A stretch of DNA of 63,010 bases, taken from a virus. Lineage: Duplodnaviria > Caudoviricetes. Below the pieces are notes generated by a model. The model was given only the letters and a program-made list of their open reading frames with translations. It ran no database searches and was not told where the DNA came from. The stretch is from positions 1 through 63,010 of the IMG/VR virus record IMGVR_UViG_3300044638_001695. One strand, written 5' to 3'. The position numbers were made by a program, and so were the translations under genes. Below are positions 59,622-63,010 of the stretch, piece by piece. Position 1 is the stretch's first letter, and each line of letters begins with the position of its first letter.

Positions 59622-60745
59622 AGATAACGCTCAGGGACTACCAAACAAAAGAGTTTGTTAATTCAATAGGTATCGTTGACAAAGGGGTGTTTGTATTAGA
59701 AAAACCTAGCCCGACTTGGTATCGAGAGTACGCCGAGGCTTTGTATTTTATTAACAATGCCGATGCAATGACCGGAGTTATTGCCGATGACTGGACAGAT
59801 GACTACGAAACACCAATCAAACCCTACATGACTTACGAGGTGACAGAATGAACGCTATAAACACAATCCAATCACTTATCAACCTGATATACGAACTCTA
59901 TCCTGACGATCCGGCGATGTACGACTGCGAGGCAATCATTCAGAACGCACAAGAAACTATCAAACAACTAAAGGAACTAGCATGAAAGAACTCGAACAGA
60001 AGTGGACTAACGATATCGCCGCCTTGCTAGTCGGCAAAAAGATCACCAAGGTACGCTACATGACCGAGGCAGAGCGGGACGAGATCGGATGGTACGCCCG
60101 TCCGATTGTGATCGTATTGGATGACGGCACAGCACTATACCCAAGCCGAGACGATGAAGGTAACGATGCAGGATCAATCTTTACCAACAACGATTCACTT
60201 CCAACTATCCCTGTTTTTTGAGAGGCAAGCATGAGCGAATTTTATATAGACGATAGCCAATTCAACGGACTGGACAGCGATGCACCAGACCAAGGGATAA
60301 TCATTGAGGCGCTGAAAGATGTTGCTGACAAGCTAGATTCTGAGGGCGTGTGGTGCTGTAAAGGCAACTATCAAATGCACTTTTGGAGTGATGAAGAAAA
60401 ACCACAAACAATATTCTCTAACGCCTTTGTCCTATCAAATCCTGACGATCCAAACGACTCAACCACAGAAAACTATTCCTATTACTTTGAGATCAAGAGA
60501 GCATCATGAAAACAAACCTAGAACTAGCGCAAGACTTTGCCATCGAGCAATGCCTATCCGACTACCCACCAGAGGCTACCTACGCAGAGATATACGAGTG
60601 GATAGAGAATGGCACAGAGGACGAGGACGGCAGTCGGTTAGTCACGCCTTGGGAGCCGCTCGAATACTGCGACATATTGCACATCATGGACAACATGGTC
60701 AGCGCAGTCGCAAGGCTATTAGACAAACATAAATTGTCGAGTTAG
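59618..60745 (+). CDS. Small early genes: 59618-59851, 59848-59985, 59982-60221, 60231-60509, 60506-60745 (hypothetical)
   Basis: Chain of RBS-bearing ORFs, mostly ATGA-coupled. Confidence 0.6.
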
Positions 60746-60758
60746 CAAAAAGCTATTC

Positions 60759-60781
60759 ACACTGTAACAATGTTATAGTGT
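60759..60781 (+). promoter_or_regulatory. 23-bp palindromic operator / extended -10 promoter
   Basis: ACACTGTAACAATGTTATAGTGT in an intergenic gap. Confidence 0.75.
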
Positions 60782-60826
60782 AATATAACAGATGAGCGAG
60801 TGCTTAACTATGTCAGTGGAGATGCT

Positions 60827-61361
60827 ATGAAAAACTACGAAGTAACATTGATCGCAACAGTACGGAAGGTTATCCCTGTGAGAGCTAATGATGGTAACGA
60901 GGCGATGGATATTGCCGCAGAAGAGATAACCTCTGGTGATATAGACCTAAGTGACTGGGAGGTTCTTGAAATTGGCGTTGATGACGCAGAGGAAACTTAT
61001 GAAGAAGACTAATCCAATACATGTGGTCAAGCCGCTAACAATGTTTACGCTTAAGCAAGTGGCTACTAGACCTAGATGCCTAGATATTCTCACTATGCCT
61101 AGCCGTATGGGCGGCGCATTGTTCTACCCAAAGGAGATTTAAATGACGGTGAAAGTAAAGATCGGTTCAGCATATGAACCTAAGTGGTTCGAACGCCGCT
61201 ACACCCAAGGTACTTATTCGGCTAAGAACATACCACCCTGCGAGGAAACAGCGTGGCTACAGAACGCCATGCTAGGCACATACAAACCTAAGATTCGGCA
61301 TAAGGCTATTTTGTTTCTGATTGGATCCGCTGTGGGGATCTACTGTTTAGCCTATCTATGA
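60827..61361 (+). CDS. Small genes: 60827-61012, 60999-61142, 61143-61361 (last has a C-terminal TM)
   Basis: RBS-bearing packed ORFs. Confidence 0.55.
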
Positions 61362-61463
61362 CAAACATACTGCTAGCTTTTGCTGTCGTGACTAGATCAA
61401 TCCTGTTAGTAGGATTGGTTACTGCGCTCATCATATGGCTATCACTAAAGATCGGAGATTGAA

Positions 61464-61754
61464 ATGAAGAGACTAATCGTTGGGGCTTTACTGATTGTCG
61501 CATCAACCGCATACGCTGAAACATGGCGTACACCTAACACTAACGGCGGCTACATCGTCATTACTAGCAGAGACTGTCCAGAGTATCCGAACAAAGGACT
61601 GCGCTCAGGATATACATACATTCAAGGCGGCAGGACGCTGACATTTTGTTGGGCATTCATTGATGGAATGATTAAAGCTCTATACAAAGACGGGACTGAG
61701 TATATGTACAACCCCGCAAACTTTGAGAAGATTCCGGCAGGGAGACAAGGATGA
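61464..61754 (+). CDS. Secreted/periplasmic protein
   Basis: Signal peptide MKRLIVGALLIVASTAYA; two Cys. Confidence 0.7.
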   Translation: MKRLIVGALLIVASTAYAETWRTPNTNGGYIVITSRDCPEYPNKGLRSGYTYIQGGRTLTFCWAFIDGMIKALYKDGTEYMYNPANFEKIPAGRQG

Positions 61755-62604
61755 ACAGGGACATGAGGGACTACAAACAGCTATTGAGGGTGCTAGAGAA
61801 CGGCTACATGATGACTCATGATGAAATGAAACAGGTGGCAGAGATCATTAAGGTGCTGAAGGCTGACGCAGATAGGTATCGTTGGCTTAATCGTTCAACA
61901 GCCCAGTTGTTTATGGTGACTGACAAAGAGATGGACGAGCAGGTTGACCGAGCGATGAACGGGGGGCGGGAATGAACGAAGGATTTATAACTTTTATATT
62001 TTTTATTGTCTGGTCGGTCGGCATCTTTAACCTTGGGTGCTATGTCGGTGAGCGGGATGCGAAAGAGGAGATGCAAAGATGAACGAACGAATCAAAGCGC
62101 TTGCTGAACAGGCGGGGTTATGGCCTGCTGTTACCGATGTATTCCCAAAAGAACTTGAACACTTTGCAGAGCTAGTTCTTCAAAACTACGCTAGTCAATT
62201 GATAACTGACGCAGAACAAGCAAGGAAAGATGAGCGTGAGGCGTGTGCGAGGTTGTGTGATAAATATCAGGCAGAAACGATCAGAGCAAGGGGTAGGAAA
62301 TGAATTATGAATCCGTTGTGTTTGCTTTATCTACTTTTTTGATTTTTGCTTCGGTGTTTGCGGGCATTGTCTATTGTTTGATTCTGATTAAAGAACTGTG
62401 GCAAAAACACCGTGGGGGAAAAAGATGAACGATATTTTTTTAGTTGTTCGGGCGCTCAAAGAAGTAGTGAGCGAGCCGCATTGGTATGACGTTGACTGCG
62501 TTGACGAGGGTTACCGAGCCGCTCTTAGGCTAGAGCAGTTAAAGCCTGTGATGGTCTTGTCAACAGGAACAAAACTCTACGCACTAGACGAGGAGACGAA
62601 ATGA
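61751..62604 (+). CDS. Small genes: 61751-61975, 62079-62303, 62425-62604 plus short hydrophobic ORFs
   Basis: DADRYRWL and MNERIKALAEQAG...EREACA motifs common in phage proteins. Confidence 0.6.
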
Positions 62605-63010
62605 GCCGTGAAATTATGCAGCAAGCGTTGGCTAAGTTTGAAAGCCTGTGGGAGATTGGCATTGATGCTGTTTATAAGGTTGAGTTACTTCCTGAGATTC
62701 GCGCCCTACGCCAAGCCATCGAGCAAGCAGAGAAGCAAGAGCCTGTGGCGTGGATGGTTCGTGATTCTATTGATGGCTCTTGGTATCCGTGCGCTTTTGA
62801 AAACCCAGCAGGAGCAATTAAAGGTGAGAGTAAACCTCTATATGCCGTACCACAACAAGCAGAGAAACAAGAACCCATAGCTTGGATGGTTTACACGCTA
62901 GACGGTGCATCAGCATTTGTGACAGATAATCCAAATGATTTTACAGAATTGCACAGTTGTTTTGCACTCTACACCGCACCACCACGCAAAGAATGGGTCG
63001 GGCTGACGGA
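62601..63010 (+). CDS. 5' part of the junction-spanning modular protein (continues to 251)
   Basis: GAGGAG RBS, ATG 62601; MSREIMQQAL...AEKQEPVAWMV...AEKQEPIAWMV; no stop before the window end. Confidence 0.8.
   Translation, partial: MSREIMQQALAKFESLWEIGIDAVYKVELLPEIRALRQAIEQAEKQEPVAWMVRDSIDGSWYPCAFENPAGAIKGESKPLYAVPQQAEKQEPIAWMVYTLDGASAFVTDNPNDFTELHSCFALYTAPPRKEWVGLT
62884..63010. repeat. Terminal direct repeat, right copy
   Basis: Identical to 1-127. Confidence 0.95.

Overview
This is an apparently complete, circularly assembled ~62.9 kb tailed dsDNA phage genome; bases 1-127 equal 62884-63010, most likely an assembler overlap. The gene content is podovirus-like: portal, adaptor, gp10-like nozzle and large ejection proteins, with no tape measure, tube or sheath gene recognised. 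The host is probably a proteobacterium (inference). There are four transcription blocks: (+) small early genes 55.6 kb -> 1.8 kb across the junction; (-) RuvC, a ~950 bp protein-free RNA-like locus, a ParB-domain protein, SF2 helicase and Toprim primase; (+) exonuclease/ERF/SSB recombination genes ending in a PAPS-reductase-family gene; (-) a 43 kb late region (terminase, portal, GroES, scaffold, capsid, tail fibres, lysis, ejection proteins, 2562-aa polyvalent protein). I recognised no integrase, DNA polymerase, ParA or tRNA. Most notable: (1) a tandem array of promoter-sRNA-terminator units whose hairpin loops display anti-Shine-Dalgarno CUCC motifs, followed by an attenuator and a ~370-nt hairpin-rich RNA; (2) a family of small basic late proteins with unrelated bodies that share an [FYM]-[AK]-x-G-G motif and a KRADGCAxRGKTKG tail, with the same xGG motif in ejection proteins and a candidate processing domain; (3) two chromosomal-type parS sites beside terS; (4) a four-site palindromic operator/promoter, one copy next to a LexA-DNA-binding-domain-only gene; (5) an unannotated 28-aa amphipathic peptide in a lysis cassette with no recognisable spanin; (6) a double-pseudoknot leader RNA downstream of the capsid locus. 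All family calls come from motif recognition by eye, not database searches.
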